From positions 88,100 through 152,099 of the forward strand of contig CAUZDW010000003.1 in assembly GCA_963578825.1 (NCBI GenBank): a DNA stretch of 64,000 nt, given 5' to 3'. Under the pieces are notes generated by a model. The model ran no database searches. It was not told where the DNA came from and saw only the letters and a program-made list of their open reading frames with translations. Made by a program: the position numbers and the translations under genes. Position 1 is the stretch's first letter, and each line of letters begins with the position of its first letter. The DNA comes from Vicinamibacteria bacterium (GTDB taxonomy: Bacteria; Acidobacteriota; Vicinamibacteria; Fen-336). Shown one piece after another: positions 19,289 to 29,870 of the stretch.

Positions 19289-22200
19289 CTACTCCTCAGG
19301 CAGGTGTGTCTCCGTTTTCACCGACACGTTGAAGCGCCGGAAGTTCGAATAGAGAGCCGTTGCCGCGACCGTGGGGCCGAAGTATCGCTGCCGGCCGGAG
19401 TCCTCGTAGCGCTCGTTCATCTCGACCGGCACCCACATCGCCAGCCTGGGCGCCGGACGGTACTCGGCGGAGAGGGAGGCCTGCGAGGCGACCCCGAGCT
19501 CCAGCTCGAAGTCGAAGCGAACCTCGGTTCGGAGCACGGTGCCTCTGGAGGGCTCGATCCAGACGCGGCCCCGGACCGGGAGATCCCTGGCCCCCTCCCG
19601 ACGGATGATCGTGGCCGAGCCACCTCGACGAAGCGCAGCTCCACGCCCTCGACACCGGCGATCTTCCGCGTGCCGCCGCGCTCGAACGAGAAGCGATGCT
19701 GGTTGTCGGGGTGCAGGAACGCCAGGGGCAGCGTGGGGGTGTTCACCGTTCGAGTGGCGGGCCCGAGATTGTAGGCACTGCTCTCCTCGAGGATGGCCCG
19801 GGCCCGCGCGACCGCCGAGGTGTGCCCCCCCAGGAACAGCTTCTCGAGCCGAGCGTCGCGCTCGCGCACCTCATGGCCATCCACTTCGAAGACGTCGCGG
19901 AAGCAGACCCAGGGCACGTCGCCCGCGAGACGGACGAAGACCATGTCGGCCCGGGACCCGGTGCTGGCGGGGCTGAATCCCGAGAGGCGACCCGTGGATC
20001 TCCATTCGCTGGGTGTAGGTCTCCTCGGCGACGATCCCGCGGAAGCGCTCCTCGTAGTCGAGAACGTAGCGGCCAACTCGCTCGAGGAGTGCAGCGACCT
20101 CGGGGTCCGTCACCGGCGGGGCTGACGGCGGCCCGTCGGCGGCCATTGCGGTGAGCGTGGGCGCGACACGGAAGGGCGTCCGTGACGACAGTGTCCGACC
20201 TGACTCCTCGTGCCGGGCGTGCACGACCCCGGCGGACTCCCCGGCGGACTCCCCGGCCAGGCTGATCGCGGCCATCTGCGAGATCTGCCCGGCCGGTCCC
20301 CGGGGCAGCGGGGTCTCGGGCTGGGACGCCACCACGGTGCCGTCCGCGGCCTCCACCCGATAGCCGGCGACCACCGGTGGATCGGTGCCGGTGCCGGCGC
20401 TGGCTCCGTAGACCTGGTAGAGCAGCGTGAGGGTCTGGCCCCGTGTGAAGGTGCGGCGCGCCAGGGGTATGGGGCGCCCCACGGAGGCGTCCTCGCCGCC
20501 GGCTGGCAGCACCAGATCGGTCAGGATCGGAGTCGTGAGTCGGAAGGCACCGGGCAGGGGCACGTCCAACTCGTGCCGCACGGTCCCGATGGCGTCGGAC
20601 CCCAGGTCCCGGACGAGCAGACGCACCTGATGGCGACCCGTGACGAGAGGACGTTGATCATCAGAGGCAGTCGCGTGCGTTGAATCCGCTCCCAGGGGCT
20701 GCGAGGTCAAGCTGAGGTCCACCTTGCGGTCGCGAACCACTCGTGCGCCGGTGTCACGGTGGGACACGACGATGTGGATGCCGAGAGCGCCCTCGAAGGG
20801 GTCGTCCTTCTCCTCCAGGAGGAGCGCCTGAGGGTCCACGTCGGCGACGAGGAGGACGCTCGTCCCTTCGTCCGCGGGTCCGAGGACGTAGGACGTCATC
20901 CGAAGGGGGATCGCGTCGGCCTCGAAAGGAGAGTCGAGAGCCCGGCGGAGCCGCGGGTCCGGAGCAGTTTCGGCGGTCGTCGACTCCGGCTCGTCGGTCG
21001 GGGCGTAATAGCCCCGGTGGGCGAGGACCTCGACCCCGGGCCGGCGCACCTCCACATCGAGCCGGTGGAACGTGCCGTCGGCCTCGATGCCCCTCGGCTC
21101 GAAGCCGATCAGATAGTAGGCCCGGGACTCCCGCTCGAGGCGACGGAGACCCACGGCGGGGTCGTTCATGTTCTTGATGACCCGCCCGCCGGTCTCGGCC
21201 GCCAGCGACACAGCGCCGAGGGACTCGACCGTGGCCTCGTTGAGCTGGGGACCCATGTCCCGCAGATCGGTGTGGTCGGCGATCTCGGCGTCGGCGGTGG
21301 CGGGGATGCCCGTGAGGCCCCCGGCGTCGAGGAAGTGAACGGCCGCGTTGGCCCGCTGCGCGGCCCGGACCATGGTGCGATGCTCGGGCCGCTCGGGCTC
21401 CTGGATGAAGCCCTCCGACAGGAACAGGATCGACTTTCGGCCGCGCGTCAGCTCGAGGGCCTCGGCCACCTGCCGGAGGACCGTGTAGCTGGCCTGCTTC
21501 CGTGACAGCGCCTCATCGTAGACCTCGCTCGCCCAGGCCCGCACCGCCGGGTGGGTCTCACCCAACTGCATCACCGTCTTTCTCGGGCAGGGCGCGGGGC
21601 ACGGTGGGTCGAGGAGGATCCGGTACTCGTAGTAGCGCCGCGTGACCTGGGCTCCGACCTGGAGGTCGCGGTGGAGGTAGAGGCGCATGGCCTCCCAGTC
21701 GGAGATCCGGCCGGTCGAGAAGTCCCGTGGAAGGGGCCCTCGAGGCGCTCGAGTGCAGCGACGAGATCGCGCTGCCCCTCGGGGATCCGGGCGTGCCACC
21801 AGGGTCCGCCCGAACCCGGAACGAGCGTCACCAGGTCCCCGGGGCGGAGCATTGTCTCCACGAACTGCCGCACCGCGCGCTTCGCCGCACGGGCCGCGAT
21901 CGGGTCCATGTGAACGTCGTCGAACACGACCACGAAGGTGCGCTCCGGACGGGTGCCCTCCTCGGCGTTCGACGAGAGGAGGGCAGAAACGGGAGGAGAC
22001 GTGGGAGGCGACTCCGGGACGACGACCGCCTCGAAGCGCGACACGGTGCGCCGGCGCCCCTCGTCGATGATGGTGAAATCGTCGGCGGTGAGGCCCTCGA
22101 TCGGGTCGCCGGATTCGTCCAGGACGACCACGTCCACGGTCACGACCTCGGCGGCTGTCGGGAAGGAGGGGGCCTGACCCTCCGCATCGGCCTGGGCCGA

Positions 22201-22344
22201 GGCGCCCCGAGGAGCGACACCTCCGAGGCAGAGGGCCGCAACGATGGCTGTCAGAAGGGTCTTTGTGGCACGACGAACTCTCGGCGGGAGCGTAGCAGAG
22301 GTCAGGCCATCCCAGCCCGGAGAACGAGCCTCACACTTCTTCAT
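19289..22344 (-). pseudogene. Acidobacterial VWFA-related domain protein fused to a C-terminal domain; at least 3 frameshifts (pseudogene or assembly errors); start uncertain
   Basis: VVTVDVVVLD..GLTADDF, FVVVFDD, GRKSILFLSEG, LAAETGG, YYLIGFEP and RDVFEVDG spread over ORFs 21571-22344, 19871-21799, 19417-20076, 19289-19537. Shifts near 21735, 19955, 19613. Confidence 0.8.
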
Positions 22345-22354
22345 GTTCCCGACA
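22331..22354 (+). promoter_or_regulatory. Putative OmpR-family regulator binding site (copy 1)
   Basis: TCACACTTCTTCAT-N5-CGACA; identical core at 29097-29120. Confidence 0.55.
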
Positions 22355-22386
22355 CAGCCCAGAAAGAACGAGGCTCGATCTTTGAC

Positions 22387-22432
22387 TTGCCTCGAGAATC
22401 AGGCGAACGTATAATTCATACAAACGTTTGAA
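22387..22432 (+). promoter_or_regulatory. Sigma-70 promoter with TetR-type operator palindrome
   Basis: TTGCCT-17 bp-TATAAT (22387-22415) followed by TTCATACAAACGTTTGAA containing palindrome CAAACGTTTG. Confidence 0.75.
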
Positions 22433-23108
22433 CCAGAGCGGAGAGAGCTTGCCGAACGCCGACACGAAGACGCGAATCATGGACGTTGGGGAGACGTTGT
22501 TTGCGGAGCGGGGCTACGAGGCGACCTCGCTTCGAGACATCACCGGAAAGGCGGGCGCCAACCTCGCCGCGGTGAACTACCACTTCCAGTCGAAAGAAGG
22601 GCTGCTCTCCGCGATTTTCCAGCGGCACGTCGGCCCGGTGAACCGCGAGCGCCTCCTCGTCTTGGACGCGATCGAGGCCCGCGCTTCGAAAAGACCTCCC
22701 AACGTCGAGAAGCTCATTCGTGCGTTCCTTGCGCCTGCGTTCGCCCGACGGCGCGAGCGTGGCGCGGATGGCGCACGGTTCATGCAGCTGGCGGGTCGAA
22801 TGCACTCGGAGACCAACGAACGCTTGCGCAGCCTTCTCCTCGATCAGTTCGAAGAGGTGGCAAAACGATTCGGCAAAGCGTTCTCGCGGGCACTGCCGCA
22901 CCTCGCCAGGGACGAGGTCTCACTCCGCGTGCACTTCCTGATCGGTGCGATGGCGCACACCCTGCTTTGGAGCGACACGATGCTGGGGTTCGAGTCTCGA
23001 AAGCGTCGCAACGTCGAGCCCGAGGAGGCCCTGGAGAGCCTCGTCCGGTTCACGGCAGCCGGGATGACCGCCCCGGTGGCGCCCCGGAGCGAGGAGGGGA
23101 GGCGATGA
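22428..23108 (+). CDS. TetR/AcrR family transcriptional regulator
   Basis: TKTRIMD..LFAERGYEATSLRDIT..AGANLAAVNYHFQSKEGL HTH. Confidence 0.93.
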   Translation: MNQSGESLPNADTKTRIMDVGETLFAERGYEATSLRDITGKAGANLAAVNYHFQSKEGLLSAIFQRHVGPVNRERLLVLDAIEARASKRPPNVEKLIRAFLAPAFARRRERGADGARFMQLAGRMHSETNERLRSLLLDQFEEVAKRFGKAFSRALPHLARDEVSLRVHFLIGAMAHTLLWSDTMLGFESRKRRNVEPEEALESLVRFTAAGMTAPVAPRSEEGRR

Positions 23109-24595
23109 CGCGCCTGGCCGTGGTGTCGTGCTGGCTCGTGCTGGCTCTCGGGTGTGCCTCGGTGCCGAAGGTCGCCCAGCCGGACATCGATCTCGCCACA
23201 CCGGCCGAGTGGGCCGGAGCGGCCCTCGAGCACGGTTCGGTGGATCCCACCTGGTGGGAGAGCTTCGGCTCCCCGGAGCTCAACGCGACCATCGGAACGG
23301 CTCTGGAGAGAAACTGGGACCTGCGGGCCGCCGCCGCACGGGTGCAGCAGGCCGAGGCCCAGGCTCGCATCGCCGGGGCCGACCTCAAACCCCAGGTGAA
23401 CGCCGGTCTCGACGGCGTGCGCCGCAAGCAGAACTTCATCGGCTTTCCCATCCCCGGGGTACCTCCCGGCAGTGTCTTGAGCTCGACCTCGACCAACCTG
23501 GGTCTCTCGCTGAGCGTGTCGTGGGAGATTGACCTCTGGGGCCGCCTCGGGGCCCGGGCCGGCGCCGGCATGGCCGACCTCCAGGCCGCCCAGTCGGATC
23601 TCGCCGGAGCTCACCTCTCGCTGGCCGGACAGGTGGCGAAGACCTGGTTCGCCTCCGCGGAGGCCGCCCAGCAGGTGGACCTCGCCCTCGCCCAGGTCGC
23701 GAGCTTTCAGAGCACGGTCCGGCAGGTCCGGGGGCGCTACGAGATGGGCCTGCGACCGGCTCTGGATCTGCGGCTGGCTCTCGCCAACCTCGAGGGCGGG
23801 GAAGCGGCGGTCCGGGCCCGTCAGGCGCAGCTCGACGTCACCGTGCGTCAACTCGAGATCCTGCTGGGCCGGTACCCCAGGCGGCAGCTCGAGACGCCGA
23901 CGCGTCTGCCCGACACGCCGCCCGCCGTGCCCGGCGAGCTGCCCGCCGACCTGGTGGCCCGCCGGCCGGACCTCGCCGCTGCCGAGAGGCGTCTGGCGGC
24001 CTCCGGCTCGCGCCTCACCGCCGCGAAGAAGGATCTCTACCCGCGTCTCAGCCTCACCGCCAGCGGAGGGACGGCGAGCGCGGAGCTGGGTGACCTGGTG
24101 AGTGGAAACTTCGGGGTGTGGAGCCTCGCAGCCAACCTCCTCCAGCCCATCTTCCAGGGCGGGCGATTGCGGGCCGCGGTGGATCTGGCGCGGGGAACGA
24201 AAGAGGAGAGACTGGCGGGCTACGCGAGCTCCGCGCTCAACGCCTACCTCGAGGTCGAGACGACGCTCCGGGCCGAGACCCTGTTGGCCGAGCGCGAGAC
24301 GCACCTGGCCGAGGCCGCACGGCAGTCCCGGGCGGCGGAGCGCCTTGCGGACGACCGCTACCGCGCCGGGCTCGAGAGCTTCATCACGGTGCTCGAGTCC
24401 CAGCGCCGTGCGTTCCAGGCCGAGAGCGAGTGGATCGTCGTGCGGCAGCTCCGGCTGGCAAACAGGGTGGACCTGTTCCTGGCCCTGGGTGGCGGCTTCG
24501 AGCGCGACGGCGAGACAGGGGGCCCGAAGATCGTCGCTTCGATGGAGGCCCAGAGTGACCACGAGATCGAGAACAACAAGGAGTCGGTGAGATGA
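23105..24595 (+). CDS. Efflux outer membrane factor (TolC/NodT family lipoprotein)
   Basis: Lipobox ALGC, WWESF, SWEIDLWG, RRPDL, LFLALGGG. Confidence 0.93.
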   Translation: MTRLAVVSCWLVLALGCASVPKVAQPDIDLATPAEWAGAALEHGSVDPTWWESFGSPELNATIGTALERNWDLRAAAARVQQAEAQARIAGADLKPQVNAGLDGVRRKQNFIGFPIPGVPPGSVLSSTSTNLGLSLSVSWEIDLWGRLGARAGAGMADLQAAQSDLAGAHLSLAGQVAKTWFASAEAAQQVDLALAQVASFQSTVRQVRGRYEMGLRPALDLRLALANLEGGEAAVRARQAQLDVTVRQLEILLGRYPRRQLETPTRLPDTPPAVPGELPADLVARRPDLAAAERRLAASGSRLTAAKKDLYPRLSLTASGGTASAELGDLVSGNFGVWSLAANLLQPIFQGGRLRAAVDLARGTKEERLAGYASSALNAYLEVETTLRAETLLAERETHLAEAARQSRAAERLADDRYRAGLESFITVLESQRRAFQAESEWIVVRQLRLANRVDLFLALGGGFERDGETGGPKIVASMEAQSDHEIENNKESVR

Positions 24596-25806
24596 GCGGT
24601 GAATCCCGAACACTGAAGATCGTCTTCCCGATGGGCCTGGTGAGCCTCGCGGCGCTTCTCGCCGCGGGGATGGTGGCCCTCAAGCCCGATGTCGAGACGC
24701 GGGTCGCCGCGCCCAAGCCGCCTCTCGTGCGCGTGGCCGAGGTGACCCTCGCCGACGTGCCCCTCACGGTTCGCAGTCAGGGGACGGTGCGGCCTCGCAC
24801 CGAGAGCCAGCTCGTCCCCGAGGTGTCGGGCCGGGTGATCCACGTCTCGCCCTCCTTCGCCGAGGGAGCGTTCTTCGAGAAGGGGCAAGTCCTTTTCAAG
24901 GTCGATCCCCACGACTCCCGGCAGGCGGTGGTGAGGGCCCGGGGCGAGGTGGCTCGGACGAAGCTCCAGCTGGCCTGGGAGGAGGCCGAGGCCGAAGCCG
25001 CGCGCGAGGAGTGGTCGGACCTCGGGCGCGGAGAGGCCGCGACTGCTCTCACGCTCAGGGAGCCGCAACTCGAGGCTGCGCGTGCGGCGGTGGCCTCGGC
25101 CGAAGCCAATCTGACGACGGCCGAGCGCAACCTCGAGCGCACGGAGGTCCGGGCCCCCTACTCCGGGCGCGTGCGGCGGAAGAGCGTGGACGTGGGCCAG
25201 TTCGTCACAATGGGCGCGCCGGTCGCGACGATCTATGCCGTCGACTACGCCGAGACACGCCTGCCGCTTCCCGACGACGAGCTGGCCTACGTGGAGCTGC
25301 CGCTCCACTATCGCGGCGAGACGGCGCGGCAGAAGGGCCCCCGGGTGACTCTCAAAGCCGACTTCGCCGGCCGGACGTTCGAGTGGACGGGTGAGATCGT
25401 CCGGACCGAGGGCGAGATCGACCCGGACAGCCGAATGGTGAACGCGGTGGTCGAGATCAAGGACCCGTACGGCCGGGGCGACGACCCCAACCGTCCCCCC
25501 CTGGCGGTGGGCCTGTACGTCGAGGCCGAGATTGAGGGGATCACGGCCGAAGCGGTGGCTGTCCTCCCGCGCTCGGCGCTCCGGGGCCGCGACCAGGTGC
25601 TGGTCGTGACCCCTAAGGATCGCCTGGAGTTTCGCGACGTGGACCTGCTTCGGACGACCCGAGAGGAGATCTACGTCCGCGGCGGACTGGAGGCGGGGGA
25701 GCGGGTGTGCCTCTCGCCCCTCGAGGCGGTGACCGACGGCATGCAGGTCCGGACCCGGGCCAGCGAGAGCGAGGCGGGTGGGACGGCGGACGGGGACGCC
25801 TCGTGA
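24592..25806 (+). CDS. RND efflux periplasmic adaptor subunit
   Basis: PEVSGRV, LERTEVRAPYSG, VDVGQFV; located between OMF and RND genes. Confidence 0.93.
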   Translation: MSGESRTLKIVFPMGLVSLAALLAAGMVALKPDVETRVAAPKPPLVRVAEVTLADVPLTVRSQGTVRPRTESQLVPEVSGRVIHVSPSFAEGAFFEKGQVLFKVDPHDSRQAVVRARGEVARTKLQLAWEEAEAEAAREEWSDLGRGEAATALTLREPQLEAARAAVASAEANLTTAERNLERTEVRAPYSGRVRRKSVDVGQFVTMGAPVATIYAVDYAETRLPLPDDELAYVELPLHYRGETARQKGPRVTLKADFAGRTFEWTGEIVRTEGEIDPDSRMVNAVVEIKDPYGRGDDPNRPPLAVGLYVEAEIEGITAEAVAVLPRSALRGRDQVLVVTPKDRLEFRDVDLLRTTREEIYVRGGLEAGERVCLSPLEAVTDGMQVRTRASESEAGGTADGDAS

Positions 25807-28800
25807 AGGGCGCCATAGCCTGGTTCGCCCGGAACACCGTCGCCGCCAACCTCCTGATGTTGGTGATCATGGCGGGGGGGCTGCTCTCCGCCTTCACCGT
25901 CAGGCGCGAGATCTTCCCGGAGTTCGATCTCGACATCATCACGGTCACCGTGCCGTACCTGGGTGCCGCCCCGGAGGAGGTCGAGGAGGGCGTGTGCGTC
26001 CGCGTCGAGGAGTCCATCCTGGGCATCGACGGCGTCAAGCGTGTCACCTCCACTGCCGCCGAGGGCCGGGGCACGGTGGTGGTCGAGCTGGACCTGGGCG
26101 CGAACGCCCGCAAGGTCCTCGACGACATCAAGTCCCGCGTCGACGCCATCGACACCTTCCCGGAGCAGACCGAGAAACCGATCATCCAGGAGCTGACCAA
26201 CCGCCGGCAGGTGATCAACCTCGCGGTCTGGGGCGACGCCGACGAGACGACACTCAAGCGGCTGGCCGAGCGCGTGCGGGACGAGATCGCGTCGACTCCC
26301 GGGATCAGCCAGGTGGAGCTGACCAACGCGCCGCCCTACGAGATCTCCATCGAGGTTCCGGAGAACACGCTCCGTCGCCACGGTCTGACCTTCGACTTCG
26401 TGGCGCGGGCGGTGCGCCGCTCGTCCCTCGACATGCCCGGCGGATCGGTCAAGACCGATGGCGGAGAGATCCTCCTGCGTACCAAGGGGCAGGCCTACCG
26501 TGGCCGGGAGTTCGAGGACCTGGTGCTCCTCACCCGCCCGGACGGCACGCACCTGCGGCTGGGCGATGTGGCGACCGTCGTGGACGGCTTCGCGGACACC
26601 GACCAGTTCTCGCGGTTCGACGGCAAGCCCGCCATCCTGATCCAGGTCTTCCGCGCCGGGGACCAGGGGGCGCTGGAGGTCGGGGACAAGGTCAAGGCCT
26701 ACGCGGAGCAGGCCCAGGCCTGGCTCCCCGAGGGCGTCCATCTCAGCACCTGGCGGGACCAGACGAAGGTGCTCCGCGACCGTCTCGACCTTCTCACCCG
26801 CAACGGGCTGAACGGGTTCCTGCTCGTGGTGGGAGTCCTGGCTCTCTTCCTGCGATTCCGTCTCGCTGCCTGGGTGAGCCTGGGGATACCGATCTCGTTC
26901 CTCGGGGCGCTCTGGCTGATGCCCACTCTGGACGTCTCGATAAACCTCTTCTCGCTCTTCGCCTTCATCGTGGTCCTGGGCATCGTGGTGGACGACGCGA
27001 TCATCGTGGGCGAGAACATCTACACGCACCACCAGCGCCACGGGGACCCGGTGAAGGCCGCCATCGAGGGGACGCGGGAGGTGAGCGTGCCCGTGGTGTT
27101 CGCGGTCCTGACCACGGTGGCGGCGTTCATGCCCATGCTGGCGGTGCCGGGCGGGATCGGCAAGATCATGCGGGTGATGCCGATGATCGTGATCCCGGCG
27201 CTGATCTTCTCGCTGGTGGAGTCGCTCTGGATCTTGCCCTCCCACCTATCGCACCTGCGCAGCCGGGACACCAGCGAGGTGGCCAACGGAGGCTCGAGGC
27301 GATGGGGCTGGTACCGGGTCCAGAGCCGCGTTGTGGCCGGCCTCCACTACGTAATCGAGTACCACTACAAGCCTTCGCTGGAGCTGGCGCTTCGGTGGCG
27401 GTACGTCACGCTGGCCGTCGGCCTGGCCACGCTGATCTTCACCCTTGGCCTCGTGGGGGCCGGCTTCGTCCGCTTCATCTTCTTCCCCCAGGTCGAGGCC
27501 GAGTTCGTGATCGCCGCGCTGACCATGCCCCAGGGCACGCCGGTGGAGGTGACCTCGGAGGCGGTCACCCACCTGGAGCGCGCCGCCGAAGAGGTGCGTG
27601 AGGAGATGCAGTCGGCCGACGAGCCGAACCTCTTCAAGCACGCCATCTCCACCATCGGCGACCAGCCCCAGAGCGCCCAGCTCGGCGGGCCGACCGGCGA
27701 CAGCGACGTGAGCCTGTCGGGCTCGCACCTCGGGGAGGTGTTCATCGAGCTGGCCCCGTCCGAGGACCGCACCGTCGGTAGCGAGGACCTCGCCAACCGC
27801 TGGAGGCAGCTCGCGGGGTCCATCCCAGACGCCGTCCAGCTGAGGGTCAGCTCTTCGCTCTTCAGCCCCGGCGAGGACGTGGACGTCCAGCTCACCGGGG
27901 GGGACGTGGCGGAGCTGCGGGCGGCAGCCCTCGAGCTGAAGCGGCGTCTGGCCGAGTACCCCGGGGTCTACGACATCGGCGACTCGTTCCGCGAAGGCAA
28001 GCGCGAGGTGAAGCTCCAGATCAAGCCCGCGGCAGAGCTGCTCGGGCTCACCCTCGGGGACCTCGGAGGTCAAGTTCGGCAGGCCTTCTACGGCGAGGAG
28101 GCCCAGCGCATCCAGCGAGGGAGAGACGACATCCGCGTCATGGTTCGCTACCCGAAGGAGGAGCGACGCTCCCTGGCCGACATGGAGAACATGCGCATCC
28201 GGACTCCGGACGGCAGCGAGGTCCCCTTCAGCCAGGTGGCGGACGTGGAGCCGGGTCGCGGGTACGCCTCGATCACGCGGGTGGACCGGCGCCGGTCGGT
28301 GAACGTGACCGCGAGCGTCGACCACTCTCTCGCCACCCCCGGGGACATCGTGGCCGACCTCGACGCCCGCGTGATGCCCGAGATTCGGGCCGAGCACCCG
28401 GGCGTGCTGTACACCTTCGAGGGGTCGCAGGCGGAGCAGCGTGACACGCTCGGGGGGCTGCAGCGGGGGTTCACCCTGGCTCTCCTCGTGATCTACGCGC
28501 TCCTGGCCGTCCCGCTCCGTTCCTACATCCAGCCCGTGGTCATCATGTCCGCCATCCCTTTCGGCCTGGTGGGGGCGGTGTGGGGCCACATCATCATGGG
28601 CCTCGACCTGACCATCCTGTCGATGTTCGGGGCGGTGGCCCTCTCCGGGGTCGTGGTGAACGACTCCCTGGTGATGGTCGACTTCATCAACCGTCACCGG
28701 CTGAGCCACCCGCTGGCGGAGGCGGTCCGTGAGGCCGGCGTCGCGCGCTTCCGGCCCATCCTCCTGACCTCCCTGACGACGTTCTTCGGGCTGCTGCCGC

Positions 28801-29006
28801 TTCTCCTCGAACGGAGCTTGCAGGCGAAGTTCCTGATCCCGATGGCGGTGTCGCTCGGTTTCGGCGTGGTCTTCGCCACGGGGATCTCGCTGATCCTGGT
28901 GCCCTCGGGCTACGTGATCGCGGAGGATCTCAAGGCCGGGCTCCAGCGCCTCTGGGGCGGGTCCGCCGAGCCGGCCGAGGAGGCGACCCGGGGTCTCGTC
29001 GGCTGA
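25803..29006 (+). CDS. RND efflux permease subunit
   Basis: GIVVDDAIIVGENI, GVVVNDS, RFRPILLTSLTT; about 1067 aa. Confidence 0.95.
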   Translation: MKGAIAWFARNTVAANLLMLVIMAGGLLSAFTVRREIFPEFDLDIITVTVPYLGAAPEEVEEGVCVRVEESILGIDGVKRVTSTAAEGRGTVVVELDLGANARKVLDDIKSRVDAIDTFPEQTEKPIIQELTNRRQVINLAVWGDADETTLKRLAERVRDEIASTPGISQVELTNAPPYEISIEVPENTLRRHGLTFDFVARAVRRSSLDMPGGSVKTDGGEILLRTKGQAYRGREFEDLVLLTRPDGTHLRLGDVATVVDGFADTDQFSRFDGKPAILIQVFRAGDQGALEVGDKVKAYAEQAQAWLPEGVHLSTWRDQTKVLRDRLDLLTRNGLNGFLLVVGVLALFLRFRLAAWVSLGIPISFLGALWLMPTLDVSINLFSLFAFIVVLGIVVDDAIIVGENIYTHHQRHGDPVKAAIEGTREVSVPVVFAVLTTVAAFMPMLAVPGGIGKIMRVMPMIVIPALIFSLVESLWILPSHLSHLRSRDTSEVANGGSRRWGWYRVQSRVVAGLHYVIEYHYKPSLELALRWRYVTLAVGLATLIFTLGLVGAGFVRFIFFPQVEAEFVIAALTMPQGTPVEVTSEAVTHLERAAEEVREEMQSADEPNLFKHAISTIGDQPQSAQLGGPTGDSDVSLSGSHLGEVFIELAPSEDRTVGSEDLANRWRQLAGSIPDAVQLRVSSSLFSPGEDVDVQLTGGDVAELRAAALELKRRLAEYPGVYDIGDSFREGKREVKLQIKPAAELLGLTLGDLGGQVRQAFYGEEAQRIQRGRDDIRVMVRYPKEERRSLADMENMRIRTPDGSEVPFSQVADVEPGRGYASITRVDRRRSVNVTASVDHSLATPGDIVADLDARVMPEIRAEHPGVLYTFEGSQAEQRDTLGGLQRGFTLALLVIYALLAVPLRSYIQPVVIMSAIPFGLVGAVWGHIIMGLDLTILSMFGAVALSGVVVNDSLVMVDFINRHRLSHPLAEAVREAGVARFRPILLTSLTTFFGLLPLLLERSLQAKFLIPMAVSLGFGVVFATGISLILVPSGYVIAEDLKAGLQRLWGGSAEPAEEATRGLVG

Positions 29007-29096
29007 CGGAGGCCGGCCCGAAGACCCGACCGGTCCCCGTGCCAACGCCAGAGGGTGTTAGTCCGTCTCTGCGGCCGCGCTGCCGTCCAGGTCGCT

Positions 29097-29120
29097 TCAC
29101 ACTTCTTCATCTGCGCGACA
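29097..29120 (+). promoter_or_regulatory. Putative OmpR-family regulator binding site (copy 2)
   Basis: TCACACTTCTTCAT-N5-CGACA upstream of the Spy-like gene; identical core at 22331. Confidence 0.6.
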
Positions 29121-29199
29121 AACGAGGGAAAGGCCGCTCGCCCATCTTCTTTAGTGAAAGGCGCCTCTGGGGCGCCGACGATTGATGAGGAGAAGGACG

Positions 29200-29745
29200 A
29201 TGAGCGAAACCAAGCAGACGACACCTCCCCGCCGGCCGTTCTGGCGCCGTCGGGACGTGTGGATCGTGACGCTGGCGCTGGCCGTGCTCGGCGCCGCCGT
29301 CGTTGCCGTCCCGGCGGCGATGGCCTTCCGGGGTCTCGGAGGCCACGGCCACGGATTCAGGCATGGACTGGCCCACGACCCGGAGAGGGCGAAGGAGCAC
29401 GCCACCTTCGCAGTCGAGTGGGCCTTCAGGGCCGTCGCCGCAACCGAGGAGCAGAAAGCGGAAGGACGGGTCGTGGTCGAGCGGGTCGTCGACCAGCTGA
29501 TCCCCCTGGGCGAACGCCATCGAGCGCACCGTGAGGCCCTGGTGCGTGAGATGGCCAAACCCCAGATCGATCGCATGGCGCTGGAGCTCCTCCGGGAAGA
29601 CGGCCTGGCGTTGGCGGACGAGGCCTCACGCATCGGGCTCGACGGTGTGGCGGACCTGGCCGAGGCGCTGAGTCCCGAGCAGCGCGTCGAGCTCCTCGAC
29701 CTGGCGCATCGCTTCCACCGAGGCGAGCCCCCGCATGGGGACTGA
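29200..29745 (+). CDS. Spy/CpxP-like periplasmic protein
   Basis: Signal/TM segment, Gly/His-rich linker, ATEEQK and LSPEQR (LTxxQ-like) motifs; upstream of a two-component system. Confidence 0.8.
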   Translation: MSETKQTTPPRRPFWRRRDVWIVTLALAVLGAAVVAVPAAMAFRGLGGHGHGFRHGLAHDPERAKEHATFAVEWAFRAVAATEEQKAEGRVVVERVVDQLIPLGERHRAHREALVREMAKPQIDRMALELLREDGLALADEASRIGLDGVADLAEALSPEQRVELLDLAHRFHRGEPPHGD

Positions 29746-29757
29746 GCTTCCACCCGG

Positions 29758-29785
29758 GGGCGGGCGGGGGCAACCCCGCCCGCCC
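29758..29785. terminator. GC-rich stem-loop (terminator or stabiliser)
   Basis: GGGCGGGCGGGG-GCAA-CCCCGCCCGCCC, perfect 12-bp stem with GNRA loop; no T tract. Confidence 0.6.
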
Positions 29786-29870
29786 TGCTCGTGCGACAGA
29801 TGCTTCGTCGCACGCCCAATGACGAGGCTCCTCTGCATGACGGTATCGGGCGAGTAGGATTGACCGGACC

